Shown: positions 24,580 to 39,000, counted from the stretch's first letter. The stretch is 64,000 nt of DNA from Chiloscyllium plagiosum (GCF_004010195.1 NC_057718.1:34497239-34561238), one strand, 5' to 3'. The notes: generated by a model not told the origin, from the sequence alone. Numbers and translations: made by a program.

Positions 24580-27500
24580 GAGTGATTCTTGTCATGAGGC
24601 TGAGTGAGTTTTTTTGCTGTTTCTTATCAATCTCACCACCTTCATTGCCATTTGATCTTTCAAGGTGAGAATCAGTTCTGATTTCGACCTCATCTCGCCA
24701 CACACCATTCCCAGGTCAGCTCACCACTCAGAGGAGGTCCTCCCTAAGACCAGCATTCCTTGCGGCTGTATCAGTTTCCAAAGCCCACTACACACCTGAA
24801 GGAGTGCTTCCATTGGAGCTGTGCTGCATGGCTGTGGAAGGAGTGAGGAGAGATGGCAGAGGGGAGGTTGGGACCACACTTCTAGAAGTCCTCGTGGTCA
24901 GGGCTTTTGGAGAAGAGAGGAGCTCTCTTTATGGAATGGTGGCAGAAGAGACATCGTCACCTGTGATCACATACCAGTCTGATCAGAGATCACTACCAAG
25001 TGCCATCTCCAGAACTGGGCACCAGTGCCACAAGAAGCTCAATGACCTTCTCTACTCTTCCAGGCTAAATGCAATACTCTGCTCTCTGCTACATAACTCT
25101 TATCTATGCCACTGCACATACCGCCCACAGCTACTTCTGCTCTGTCAATGCTTGCAGCGCCATCCCTCACTGGTTCTTGTTAACCCCATTTCCCCACCCC
25201 CTCCATCTTCCCACATCAGTAGCCCTGCATTTCCTCCACGCTGCCACCTTACTTTCTCGGGACACCTCAACACTTTTCCCCAACCTGTATAAACACTAAC
25301 AGCAGTTTTATTCATTTGTCCCATTTGTGTCATTCCAAGAGAAGACAGCCTTAACAGTGCAGAAAGATAGCAGGCAGGTGGGGGTAAGGTGCTGGCTATC
25401 TGTGTCTTCACTCCTCTCCAAGGAAAGGATACTCATCCTGGCCAGAGAAGACAGGGACCACTCCTGCAGGGATGCAGAGACATCCTTGTCCAGATGCCTA
25501 AATAAGTAACATGTGCCATCCCACGACAACATCACCTAAACCAGGTGTTGAACACCCATAACTAACCAATGGCTGCAACACCTTTTGTCTCTTATGTCGT
25601 ATCCAGCCTCTATCCAACATCCCATGCCCCGCATTTTTTGACCTCCCCAGGTAACAGTGTAGGCCCAGTGAAAGGACCATCAGCTACACTGCCTCCTGGA
25701 CACCCTAACTACATTGAGGAGGATATCCCAGAGTGCTCTATAGGGCACACAGTGAATCTCACACACTGACTGCATGAGGAAGCAAGGCCCCAGACCCACT
25801 GACAGTTAGAGGAGTATACACTGCAGGAGAGGACCTTGCGAACTTTGGCCGTGAGGAACCTTGTGCAGATGCACAGGGAGGAGCAGAGTGACAGGCAGGT
25901 GTATAAGATGGACTATGCCCCATTGTACAAACGCTGCAGCCATGCAGCCAGGCCTTTGACATAGAGTCATAGCATCATAAAGATGTACAGCATGGAAACA
26001 GACCCTTCAGACCAACCCGTCCATGCCGACCAGATATCCCAACCCAATCTAGTCCCACCTGCCAGCACCCAGCCCTCCAAACCCTTCCTATTCATATACC
26101 CATCCAAATGCCTCTTAAATGTTGCAATTGTACCAGCCTCCACCACTTCGTCTGGCAGCTCATTCCATACACGTACCACCCTCTGTGTGAAAAAGTTGCC
26201 ACTTAGGTCTCTTTTATATCTTTTCCCTCTCACCTTAAACCCATGTCCTCTAGTTCTTGACTCTCCAATGCTAGGGAAAAGACTGCCTATTTATCCTATC
26301 CATGCCCCTCATAATTTTGTAAACCTCTATAAGGTCGCCCCTCAGCCTCCGATGCTCCAGGGAAAACAGCTCCAGTTTGTTCAGCCTCTCCCAATAGCTC
26401 AAATCCTCCAACCCTGGCAATATCCTTGTAAATCTTTTCGGAACCCTTTCAAGTTTCACAACATCTTTCTGATAGGAAGGAGACCAGAATTGAACGCAAT
26501 ATTCCAACAGTGGCTTAACCAATGTCCTGTACAGCCACAACATGACCTCCCAACTCCTGTGCTCAATACTCTGACCAATAAAGGAAAGCATACCAAATGC
26601 CTTCTTCACTATCCTATCTACCTGCGACTCCACTTTCAAGGAGCTATGAACCTGCACTCCAAGGTCTCTTTGTNNNNNNNNNNNNNNNNNNNNNNNNNNN
26701 NNNNNNNNNNNNNNNNNNNNNNNNNNNNNNNNNNNNNNNNNNNNNNNNNNNNNNNNNNNNNNNNNNNNNNNNNNNNNNNNNNNNNNNNNNNNNNNNNNNN
26801 NNNNNNNNNNNNNNNNNNNNNNNNNNNNNNNNNNNNNNNNNNNNNNNNNNNNNNNNNNNNNNNNNNNNNNNNNNNNNNNNNNNNNNNNNNNNNNNNNNNN
26901 NNNNNNNNNNNNNNNNNNNNNNNNNTATCTAGCTTCCCACAGAGTTCTAGGGTACACCTGATCAGGTCCTGGAGATTTATCCACCTTTAACCGTTTCAAG
27001 ACGTCCAGCACTCCCTCCTCTGTAATCTGGACATTTTGCAAGATGTCACCACCTATTCCCCTACAGTCTATATCTTCCATATCCTTTTCCACAGCAAATA
27101 CTGATGCAAAATATTCATTTAGTATCTCCCCCATTTTCTGTGGCTCCACACAAAGGCCGCCTTGCTGATCTTTGAGGGGTCCTATTCTCTCCCTAGTTAC
27201 CCTTTTGTCCTTAATATATTTGTAAAAACTCTTTGGATTCTCCTTAATTCTTTTTGCCAAAGCTATCTCATGTCCCCTTTTTGCCCTCCTGATTTCCTCT
27301 TAAGTATATTCCTACTGCCTTTATACTCTTCTAAGGATTCACTCGATCTATCCTGTCTATACCTTACATATGCTTCCTTCTTTTTCTTAATCAAACCCTC
27401 AATTTCTTTCGTCATCCAGCATTCCCTAAACCTACCAGCCTTTCCTTTCACCCTAACAGTAATATACTTTCTCTAGATTCTCGTTTTCTCATTTCTGAAG

Positions 27501-28930
27501 GCTTCCCATTTCCCTTTACCTGCGAACATCTACCCCCAGTCAGCTTTCGAAAGTTCTTGCCTAATACCGTCAAAATTGGCCTTTCGCCAATTTGGAACTT
27601 TGCTGCGGATCATTGCTGAGGTGCTGCGACAATGGGTGCAGCTCATCGCTGGTCTGTCTGTTATTGCCCAGACTCTGCAGCAGTACAGCGGCCAATCCTG
27701 CAGCTGCCTGTCTGTCTGCATGGACAGGACATCATGGAGAAATGGCCCTAGCATGCTCAGGGCTGCTGAAGATTCGACAAAACCTGCACTCCATCACCCC
27801 ACGCGTTGATCCTCAGGATGGAAGGCAGGGTGGGAGTAGGAGTGGGAGCCTTGAGACTAGTGCAGGTGCCCCCTACTCAGAAAGAGATTGGATGGTGCAA
27901 GGAGGTAGCCAGCTGGAGGAGGAAAAACACACCAGCCCCTCGATAGTCTCCATTCGGCTGACTCCTCCACCCTGCCAGCAAACCCACCCCCTCCACCCGC
28001 CCAAGCATTTCCAGCCAAGGAAGCACATCTGGCCCAACCAGCCCTGAGATCACCCAACCAAATATCCAGGACTAATAGACTCCACCCCATCTGTAAAGCG
28101 GGGAGTTCAGTGTATCTCAGCAGGAGGGAGATGAGGAGTGTCCTTGACTAACCATGTTGCAGCCCCTGACCTGTGGCTGTCCAATGCACTTTATTGCAGA
28201 GAATTACCTGAAGACATTCAGAAATGTCCCACTGCTTGCTGCAGAGATCCTGTGTTTGGTGTGAGCTCTGAGGCCACATGGTACTGGTGCTAGACTGTCG
28301 TGCCACATTGGCATTAGGCGAGATAGCTATGCTGTTGACTGGGGACTACTGCATGCATGGTCAGCTGCCTGTTTGTGTAACTGTGCTAATTGCTAATGTA
28401 AGGCAGGATAGTGCAAGGTATGGCATGTATGCAGTGGACATACCAGTAGGTATCAAGTCAATATGCACTGAGAGAGCAAGCGAATGGAAGGTAGCCTGGT
28501 CTGCTTAATGGGTTCCTTTCTCTGTGTGTTACCTAATACAGTTGTTCACTGCTGATTATCGTTGTGCCCTCCTAGAACAGTCTGTGCTTGCAGCGCACGG
28601 TGCCACTACATTGGAGCATGCCAGGATGGTGGCAATAACTCCCTGAGTGTGAAGTGCTAATGTTCATGGTGGAAGGATATATGCAGTTGGTGGTGGTGGT
28701 ATATGTCCTGTTCTGCAATTTGGCTGGGAGTTATGTGGAGATCTTTCGGAGCAAGCGATGAATAGAATCCACCAAGCACCCTGCTCTGGTTTTGAGTTTC
28801 CCAACTAGTTTGCATGGTGGCTTTGGTAAGATAGCAACCCATGGCAAATTGGGCTGTAATTGAGTCATTTAATAAGCAATAATGACCATCAGTTGGGAAC
28901 TTGCCACTGGCCAGTGAGAATCTCACCATG
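24580..28930 (+). mobile_element. Decayed Harbinger/PIF-like DNA transposon with Myb/SANT-like ORF remnant, interrupted by a CR1
   Basis: 24860-25065 translates LEVLV..EERSSLYG...RTGHQCHKKLNDLL (trihelix Myb/SANT pattern RT..QC.KK.NDL); an EKTA..QAGGG-like remnant follows at ~25340. Ends are poorly defined. Confidence 0.6.
25961..27600 (-). mobile_element. CR1/HER1-like LINE, 5'-truncated, spanning gap 26674-26925
   Basis: IKENPKSFYKYIK...KSPGPDQVYPRTL | QRDLGVQVH...LVKPLLEYCVQFWSP...RRLRGDLIEVYKIM; (ctatgact) tail. Confidence 0.95.
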
Positions 28931-30072
28931 TTACTTGAAGAAAATGAACACAATTTGGTGAGTTGATCTTGATGTTGAGGTTGGCCTTGACTGATTCTGC
29001 TGCTCATCACCTCCTCAGAACCTGGTAACATTCCATCCTCTGACTCTGAAAACATTATGTGGCTTCACCCATTCTGTTTTGCGACTGGGTTTAGCAGTTG
29101 CCCCATTAAAATATTTAATTTTGGGAACATTTAGTTATTGTTCATCAAACTCTGAAATGGGGCTTCAGGCTGTTCTTATTTCGATTACAGTAAGTCTGCT
29201 TTCTGTTTGATGATTTAAAATTCAAATTTGATCTCGACTTGCTCAAGGATGGATTTTACAGCTTTAACTGCGTATCTCGATTCAGATGTTCCTCATCTGA
29301 ACAGTTCAGCAAACCTGCACGAATTATTTACATAAACTGAAGACATAAATGCACAAAAACCTCTTCAAGATTGTCTATTAGATTTCTTACAGTTGTCCTA
29401 CAGCTAGCTACAGGAAGGACTATCATTAACTGTACTCCTATGGATCACATTTGAAGGGTTTCTGAAAATACTTCAGGATTTTACCCATCCAGCCACACCT
29501 GATAAACCACTTAGGGGCAGGAGACCAAACTTTTCTGTACCCAGAGTTCTCACAAAAGTTAAAGATTTTGAAAGCTATGCAAAATGTCCTAGTTTTCTGA
29601 TCTTTTAGATCCAGATTGACAAAGAGCATGGACCAGGTTTCTGTACTCAACAAGAATCATTATTTATCATAACTGAATACATCCTAACAAAAATGAACTA
29701 TAAACAAATAACTTTATGAGGTAAAACTCTGACCCACTTATAAAACTCCATCTTATGCGCACGTACAAATGGGCACAAAAAAACACCATAGTGTTAGAAG
29801 TAGTGGGAAAGGTTGGAAAGGCAGTTGGTGGTCTCTGTCCATAGGGGTTGGTGAGATGATCCATGTGCTGATCAGGTCTATGTCCTCAATTTTCTTCTCC
29901 AGATGCTATCACTTATTTTCAGGAGGCACTAGGTGACTGACTTACACTTTTAAAAGTCCCTGACTTGCTCATTAAAAGCCACAGCTTACTGCAAGTGATA
30001 ATGAAAACTGGCTTCCCTCAGGCTTAAGGTGTTTTTTTTTACTGCAGAGAAGAAAGTTCTTGCTTTAGAAGA

Positions 30073-32113
30073 GATCATAAGACCATAAGACCATAAGACA
30101 TAGGAGCGGAAGTAAAGCCATTCGGCCCATCGAGTCCACTCATTCAATCATGGCTGATGGGCATTTCAATTCCACTTACCCGCATTCTCCCCGTAGCCCT
30201 TAATCCCTTGTGATATCAAGAATTTATCAATTTCTGCCTTGAAGACATTTAGCGTCTCAGCCTCCACTTCACTCTGTGGCAATGAATTCCACAGGCCCAC
30301 CACTCTCTGGCTGAAGAAATGTCTCCACATTTCTGTTCTGAATTTGCACCCTCTGATTCTAAGGCTGTGTCCACGGGTCCTAGTCTCCTCGCCTAACGGA
30401 AACAATTTCCTAGCGTCCACCCTTTCCAAGCCATGTATTATCTTGTAAGTTTCTATTAGATCTCCCCTTAATCTTCTAAACTCCAATGAATACAATCCCA
30501 GGATCCTCAGCTGTTCCTCGTATGTTAGACCTACCATTCTAGGGATCATCCGTGTGAATCTCCGCTGGACACGCTCCAGTGCCAGTATGTCCTTCCTGAG
30601 GTGTGGGGACCAAAACTGGACACAGTACTCCAAATGGGGCCTAACCAGAGCTTTATAAAGTCTCAGTAGCACAACAGTGCTCTTATATTCCAACCCCCTT
30701 GAGATAATTGACAACATTGCATTCGCTTTCTTAATCACGGACCTAACCTGCATGTTTACATTTAGAGAATCCTCNNNNNNNNNNNNNNNNNNNNNNNNNN
30801 NNNNNNNNNNNNNNNNNNNNNNNNNNNNNNNNNNNNNNNNNNNNNNNNNNNNNNNNNNNNNNNNNNNNNNNNNNNNNNNNNNNNNNNNNNNNNNNNNNNN
30901 NNNNNNNNNNNNNNNNNNNNNNNNNNNNNNNNNNNNNNNNNNNNNNNNNNNNNNNNNNNNNNNNNNNNNNNNNNNNNNNNNNNNNNNNNNNNNNNNNNNN
31001 NNNNNNNNNNNNNNNNNNNNNNNNNNNNNNNNNNNNNNNNNNNNNNNNNNNNNNNNNNNNNNNNNNNNNNNNNNNNNNNNNNNNNNNNNNNNNNNNNNNN
31101 NNNNNNNNNNNNNNNNNNNNNNNNNNNNNNNNNNNNNNNNNNNNNNNNNNNNNNNNNNNNNNNNNNNNNNNNNNNNNNNNNNNNNNNNNNNNNNNNNNNN
31201 NNNNNNNNNNNNNNNNNNNNNNNNNNNNNNNNNNNNNNNNNNNNNNNNNNNNNNNNNNNNNNNNNNNNNNNNNNNNNNNNNNNNNNNNNNNNNNNNNNNN
31301 NNNNNNNNNNNNNNNNNNNNNNNNNNNNNNNNNNNNNNNNNNNNNNNNNNNNNNNNNNNNNNNNNNNNNNNNNNNNNNNNNNNNNNNNNNNNNNNNNNNN
31401 NNNNNNNNNNNNNNNNNNNNNNNNNNNNNNNNNNNNNNNNNNNNNNNNNNNNNNNNNNNNNNNNNNNNNNNNNNNNNNNNNNNNNNNNNNNNNNNNNNNN
31501 NNNNNNNNNNNNNNNNNNNNNNNNNNNNTTTAATTGTTGGGATGTTACTCATGTCTTCCACTGTGAAGACTGACGCAAAGTACTTGTTAAGTTCTCCTGC
31601 TATTTCCTTATCTCCCATCACTAGGCATCCTGCATCAGTTTGAAGTGGCCCAATGTCTACTTTTGCCTGTCGTTTGTTTCTTATGTACTGAAAGAAACTT
31701 TTACTATTATTTCTAATATTACTGGCTAGCCTACCTTCATATTTGATCCTCTCCTTCCTTATTTCTCTCTTTGTTATCCTCTGTTTGTTTTTGTAGCCTT
31801 CCCAATCTTCTGATTTCCCAATGCTCTTGGCCACTTTATAGGCTCTCCCTTTTTCTTTGATAGATTTCCTGACTTCCTTTGTCAGCCATGGCTGTCTAAG
31901 CCCTCCCCGGATAATCTTTCTCTTCTTGGGGATGAACCTCTGTACAATGTCCTCAATTTTACCGACAAACTCCTGCCATTTTTGCTCTACTGTCTTCCCC
32001 GCTAGGCTCTGCTTCCAGTCTATTTTCGTCAGTTCCTCTCTCATGCCCTCATAGTTACCTTTATTTAACTGTAACACCATTACATCCGATTTTGCCTTCT
32101 CTCTTTCAAACTG
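30073..32113 (-). mobile_element. Young CR1 LINE (different subfamily), 5'-truncated, spanning gap 30775-31528
   Basis: Long open ORF2 segments on both sides of the gap (KGNYEGMREEL...LNKYFASVFT; LVRPHLEYCVQFWSP...FFSQRVVGLWNSLP); (cttatggt)n tail. Confidence 0.95.
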
Positions 32114-32489
32114 CTTCATTTCAAAGATCTTTCAAGATCCAATTCCTTCTCACAACTGCTTCATTTCAAAGCTGTTCAGTTACCTGAGAGCCAATCATGT
32201 GGTTGTTGGCAGGCAGAAGGCCTTTGTCCATGATGATAGGTCACTAGTCCACAACCAATCAGCTACTTGTTACTAGCCAAAACCCATCTGAAAATGAGAC
32301 TTCTCCCTGCTGCTTGAACAAGCAGCTGTGCAAACAGTACTTACAATGAGTGCGAGGTATCTTGCTTTTAAAAAGACGCAGTAATCCCTCAGCAATCCTT
32401 AGCTCTTAAAACAATGCGTTTTTTTTAACCATGTCAGTCCACTACCAAAATGCAGCAAAACAGAAAGATACGCATTACATGCTACAACA

Positions 32490-32617
32490 ACAAAAGCAAA
32501 ATCTGGTGGATGCTGGAAACCGAAAATAAAAAAACAATATGCTGGAGAATCTTAGCATCTGTGGAGAGAGAGAAATAGAGTTAACATTTCAAGTCCAATA
32601 CAACTCATCTTCACAAC
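32490..32617 (-). mobile_element. Penelope terminal fragment (third family); related copies ~1745-1840, 7975-8040, 47545-47645, 48735-48790
   Basis: gcatctgtggagaga...gagttaacatttcaagtcc; the minus strand has a degenerate GTT-(C)TGAAGA...GAAATGTT-AAC hammerhead. Confidence 0.65.
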
Positions 32618-34817
32618 CCAAAGATTCAACATCGCTTGGAGGTTCTAAAGAGTTAACTGTGGAAATTATCTACAAGGATATTACCAAACAGTGATCTTTT
32701 AAGGATTAAACCTTCAGAAATTCAACAAACACACTGTTAATGAAAAGACAATAGAGTGATAGAAGGAAAAATATCCTCAGTTTCACTTTCATCCTGAATC
32801 TCCGTGCCTGCTTTCCTGACAGCTGACAGTGGCTGGGGGAGGGTGTTTACGATACTTTCACATGATCGTCATGGCACAGTTTTTGGATGCTGTTGAAAGG
32901 CCTTCTGTTCCACGAAAGGCCTCAAAAGTTTATCATCTTACGAGACAAAAGGAAGAGAGCCCCATGCCAGCGGATGAGTAATGGGCATGGCCTACACACA
33001 ATGCCTTCTATCCAGCCTTAAATCTACATGCTGTTCTAAGACTTCCCTCTTTATCCAAAGCAACCATTGTCTCGGCTCTGGGAGACCAAAAACAACTCCT
33101 CGGGTGAGTGGAATGGTGGCAAAGAGGGGCAAGCAGTCTCGGAAGCAACACTGATTCCCCAAAACTTGTAGTCTCGGTCTCCTCGTGTTTATTTAGTACA
33201 AGTCTGTGAGTCTTTTCTTCATTTCTCTTTTCATTTTTCTTATCATTGTTGTGACTTTTGCAGTGCAGGCACACATTGCTTTAGGACAGGTTTAACTCCC
33301 AGAATTTAATCCATGGTAGAAAAAAAGTCTGCAACTCAGACTGCTGTCCTCGCCCACCATTTTCCCACAATCATTGAATAAAGGGTCTCAGTAAAGTTTC
33401 AAAACAGGCTCAAACAAGGCCCACCATTAAAATGCAAAGAACAGAGAATGTAATTCATTCTATTTACATTCAGACTCCGGAGGCCTGGAATTCTGATGGA
33501 TTAATGTACTCACAATAAACTGAGCATATCACATTTTCTTAGAAAACATAGTTTTAATTTTGATCTTTGGAGAAATGAAGCCCGCATTTTACAAATAGTA
33601 CGTGACAGATCTTTATTTTTTGAAACAGCTATTTTACATTATTTTGGAGTTGAAAATATTTACACAATGTGGTCCACGTTATCTGAGTTTGAGGCTTTGG
33701 AAACGTGTTATTTTATTTAAGCCGTAAAATGTTTCCAGGGACTGAATACTGTTTGTAGAAGAAGCTGCTGAATGTTGCTGACCAGTTTTATTGCTTGAAT
33801 TCTTTATAAAGTGGAACCACATGCACAGATTGCTACCACGTATGATAGTTTGAATGGGTACATTTAACATTATAGCTACTGTAAAGAGCTCCTCAAAGAT
33901 ACAGCGCATTCATGTAATTGGAACAAACCAAAGGCGCAGCTGCAGGAAACACTACATGGAAGATCTCCAGGGTCCTATTCTGAAGAAGATCTCCTGTAGC
34001 AGTGTTTGAAATTAAAACCTACATTAGCAAAGTTACTTGCTACCTTCCCAATTTACTGGACAAATTCAACATTCTCCTGGCCCGAAGCCTATATCAACAA
34101 TAGAAATTGTCACAAGTTCTCTTTCACTTTATCTGCCTATCAAGAAGCCAGCAGGCTGAAGTTATGCAGGCATTAATGTCATTTTATTACACATGTCTGT
34201 GCGATAGCTGGCCATTCTATTAAAACATGGCAGACACTGGCTTCATGGTATCTATGACCAGTAAAAATTGGAAGAAGTTGCAAAATCGTCATGGAATTAT
34301 AGAGAGCCGGAATTATTGAGTATTAGGGCAAGGGGGTCCCGTCTTCTTTTCAAACCGTCTGTGCCCAACAGAGGCCATCCTGCGCCCCACCCAAGGTATT
34401 TCACATCTGTCTTGTCCTTCCTTCACAGCCCTCCTACTTGCCTCTGTGCTCCATTGTGATTCATTTCCCTCCTAGTGGGAGATAAACAGCCACCTGAGTA
34501 GCCAGCGATTCTCAGAGGCAGGAAGAAAAGCCCAATAAAACTTGAAAATTATGTGTACGAGTCAAACAATGCTTTGTATCATCAGCATGTTCATTTCCAA
34601 GTATTACTGCGATTTGTTTACTTTACTCCTTTGGGCTCCTCTCCACGTTGTGGCAGAAGGCCTGCTTGAAACCAATTAACAGCCTAATGGCTGGGAAAAT
34701 GAGAGTGGGGATGAACCAACACCGGGCTCACCCCGACTTTAGGCTAGGACACAGGGATTCCACTTCCAATACAAAACTACTGCCTCTGGTGGAGAAATGT
34801 ACAATGAGGCCTCATTC

Positions 34818-35128
34818 TGCATGGTGGCTCAGTGGTTAGCACTGCTGCCTCATAGTACCAGAGACCCGGGTTCATTTCCTGCCTCAGGCAACTGTCTGTG
34901 TGGAGTTTGCACATTCTCCCCGTGTCTGCGTGGGTTTCCTCCGGGTGCTCCAGTTTCCTCCAACAGTCCAAAAATGTGCAGGTTAGGTGAGTTGGCCATT
35001 TTAAATTAATGTTAGGTAAAGGGGTAAATGTAGGGGAATGGGTCTGGGTGGGTTGCTTTTCGGAGGGTCAGTGTGAACTTGTTGGGCCAAAGGGTCTGTT
35101 TCCACGTTGTAAGTAATCTAATCTAATC
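34818..35128 (+). mobile_element. HE1-like SINE, near full length
   Basis: A-box TGGCTCAGTGG, B-box-like GGTTCATTTCC, conserved centre, (taatc)n tail. Confidence 0.9.
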
Positions 35129-35844
35129 ATAATTTTAATGTTTGCGATAAGCTAATTTTGGGGCTGTTGTGTCACCATTGTCTTACCAGACCATAGGGGC
35201 TGCCCACTTATTAGAGAGATTTAACCTGAGGAACACCAGATCTCAGCAAGGGAAGAAGTTGAGAAGGAGAGTCCTTCATGGTAACCTCAAACCATACTGT
35301 TGGCATCACACTGCTCTGCAAACCAATAATCCAGCCAGCTGAGGAAAGCCAATTCCTAATTATGGGGAGATAGTGGCTTACACAGGGAGCTGGTGACATA
35401 ATGTTGATGTCACCTGGACTAGTAGAGTCATAGAGTCATACAGCACGGAAACAGCACACTCCATGCTGACCACATTGCCCAAAACTAAACTAGTCCCACT
35501 TGCTTGTGTTTGGTCTGTGCCTGAGCTAATGCTGTGGTGACATGGATTTAACAAGGTCTGGAATTGAAAGCTGGAGTCAGCGACCATGAAATGATTGTCA
35601 ATGGTTGTAAAGTCCCATCGGGTTTACTACTATCCTTTGGGGAATAAAGTCCGCCAGGCTTATCTTGTCTGACCCACGTGTGATTCCAGACCCACAGCAA
35701 TGTGATTGACTTTTAAAGGCTGTCCAAAATGGCCGAAAAAAAGCATTCAGTTTAAGAGCAGTTATAGTGATAGGCAACAAATGTTGCTCTTGTCAGCGTG
35801 CTCATGTTCCCTGAGAGAAAAGAATAGTAATAAAAATCAGGAGA

Positions 35845-36080
35845 CACTTTTAAGTAAAGTGGTGATGGAAATCTGGAATTGCATCCATCAAATGGTGAAG
35901 ATGCAGGGTCAATTGCAGTTTTCAAGGCTGAGATAGGTTTCTATTAGATAAGATTATCAAATAATATGGATCATGATACATTAACAAAATTGAGGTACAC
36001 ATCAGCTAAAATCTAATTGAACATCATGACAGATTTGAGGGGCTGAACGGCCTACTTCTTTTATTTCTGGTTTCCTATAT
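35845..36080 (+). mobile_element. CR1 3' end, old
   Basis: gtggtgatggaaatctggaat...ttttcaaggctgagat...gaggggctgaacggcctact. Confidence 0.6.
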
Positions 36081-39000
36081 TTCATGGCAACATGTGATAA
36101 TAAAAAGTGGAAGGAATGAGAAAAACATCAGTTAATTCTGTATCACTGTTTTCCAAACATTAGGTCAGGCAGAAACACTGAAGTCCTCCCTGTGATATTT
36201 AACTCAATTCTCCATGAGAGGAATTTCTGCAAGTTTAACTCAATGAGACTTTTGCAAGGCCAATAAAGAATGGTTTCAACCATGCAAATTAGCATACATA
36301 AAAAAACCACAAGTACTTAAATGTGATATCAGAACTCATACATATGTTGGAGTATAACAGGAAACAATATCATATGACATACAGAATTTTCATGAGAGTT
36401 TGTGTCTCTACCTTCAGAATTATTCACCACTTTTGCCATATGTAAACACATACCCTACAGCATAATTGCCATGACCACAGCTGCACCCTGACAGTCAACG
36501 ACAATTCCACAAACTGAAATATATACAGTTTCAATATTCTTCCACCCTTTTAAATCTTTCTTTATCCTTCACCCACTATAAAAACTGTTTGATGATTCAT
36601 AATAAACAGGTTTAAGACAAAGAGACTGTGATAAAACTGAACATCTGGAATATACTTTGCAAATGTAACTGCTGTAAAAGTACATAATAGCACTAGAAGA
36701 TGTAAACGTATATAAATTACATACATAGTTTGCCAAGAAATTTTATGCTTGGGTCAGGATTTCCAAATAATGAGAGCGAGTGAAAGAGATGCATTGGAAT
36801 TCCTAGCTTGGACAAGGATTAAGCTTGAATCACATAGGCATTTATCCAGATGCCCCTTTTTATTATTTTTTTATTTTAACAGGTTTTTGGCCTGATGCAG
36901 GTGTTTTTCATTAGCAGTAGTTGACCCTTGAATTATTAACTTTCTGTTTTCCTCAAAAGCTGTGCAAATATGGTCTGAAGCTGAATGGAGGTATTGTCGT
37001 GCAATATTCGAAACTAGGACGCATACACCCACTGGTATTATAAAACAAAATAACAAAGTATATATTGTAAATCAAGTTGCTGATCAATGGCCAAAGTTCT
37101 CAGTTTTATGGAAGCAAATGTGAAATGATTGTTTATCAAGGGAGTCGTTACACTCAACATAATTTGTAAAATGTTTTCACTATAACATGTAAAGATTTTC
37201 CGATACAGGTAGGGAAAACAAATAAGAAATCGTACATGAAGCTTTAAACTCTATTTTAATGCAGCAGTCTTCTATTCAAACGATAGCCTTTAGATAGCAT
37301 TTAAGAAATATTCTTTAGTGAAAGAAAGTCCTTGACCATCAGTCTGCATTGGTATGTTTAAATGTGAACTCTTTTCTCCCCCCCATTTTTGTCAGGCACA
37401 ACATCTGACACAAATTAATCTGCAGGCCCTCAGAGTTGGTTCCCATCCGCTGCTGCAAAGCATTAGAATTGCTGATGATATTTTGGCCCTTCCCCCTCAA
37501 GCAGCATAAAAGCAAGAGCCGAGCGGAACACTGAGGCTGCTTACTTTTTCTTCCTTCTATTATTCAGACTATTCACCCAGTTCAATTGGTCTGAAAGACA
37601 CAGGGGAGATTGAAAACTCTCCGCATCACCATAAAGGCCTGAAATTAGTTAATTAATGTGAAGACCCATTATGCATGTTTAACATATGAATGAGTGAGTG
37701 GGTTGACTTAGTTACAGAGCAGGAAAGAAATGAGGGTATTTGAGGTCTGCTCTGTAAGAGGAAAGGAATCTGGAACAATGAGGACATTTGTATGGGATTT
37801 GGGGAAGAATTTTAACAGAGCCCAGAGACTGAAATTAAATGAGCCATTAGAGAGTGTGAGTGGACTTATGCCTGGATTGGCACCAACTGTAAAGCAACTC
37901 AGTTCAGTCTGCCAAATTTCCTTTAGTATTTTTAGACTTAAATTGTTCCAGAAAAACATGTTAAATGGGGATAGTGATCTCTCAGATGAAAATGGCAAAA
38001 CTAATAATCGCTGCAAACCGGTTTAAGAAAGTAAAAAGCCCTCATTGTTTTGAACTATTCTGGCAGAACCATTGATATTATCTTCCAGAGAATCCTATAC
38101 ATTTCTTTTCAACATTTTGCAGATAAATTGAAACAATATTGACTGTTCTCCAGTTAGTCCATGGGGTTGGGCATTAAGAGTACATTTTTCTGTCATCTAG
38201 CTCTCATGGTGAATTGAAGATACCAATCGCCTTATTTCCTCCAGAACACCAGCTCAATTATGAGTGTGAGACTTTTTAGTCACACAGCAATTTGATGGGC
38301 TAAACATTTTTCTGTTTGGCTATTTTATGATGCAATTATCTGTTGAGTGGAGATCAGAGAAACCGCAAAGTCAATCTCAGTCCAACTTTCAATGGGAATT
38401 ATATTTCATCTGTAAGCTCTTAATCAAAACCGGTGTGAATCTTACAGGTTGGTAAATTGCTGCTTCAGTTTCAGATTGCTGGCAATGAAATTTGTACATG
38501 TTTGCTGTGTTGAATGAACAAAAAGGAAGGAATGTAAAATAATTTAGAGCTGTTCACAACTTCAGGCTGTCCCAAGGCACTTTATAGAAAATAGAAGCAG
38601 AGGAGAAGGCCATTTGGCCCTTTGAGCCATTCAGCATGATCATGGCTGATCATGCCACTCAGTACCCTTCTCCTGCCTTCACCCCATACAATTTAGTCCT
38701 TTTGACAATTAGACATTGTTATGATATAGGAAATATGGCACTCAATGTATACACGGCACAATCCCACAAAACAGCAGTAAGCAAATAAATTGCTACAGCG
38801 ATATTGGTTGAGGGGTGAAGATTAGCCAGGACATGGGGTAAAATCCACTGCTAATACTGCTAGAATTCACTGTTCACAGAATATGTGGAGAAGTTGCACT
38901 TGTACTTTGACTGCATTGTTTGAAATACATGCTATCAAAGACACAATAGCATGTTTTGTGTTTAGCTGTTTATGTTCTGGATCTTCTCCTTTATACTTGG

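Noticed and set aside
29670..32490. Solo LTR split by the CR1 insertion
   Set aside because: The composition is suggestive, but I could not fix TG...CA termini or a TSD.
34818..34890. tRNA gene
   Set aside because: The A and B boxes belong to a SINE head; there is no complete cloverleaf.
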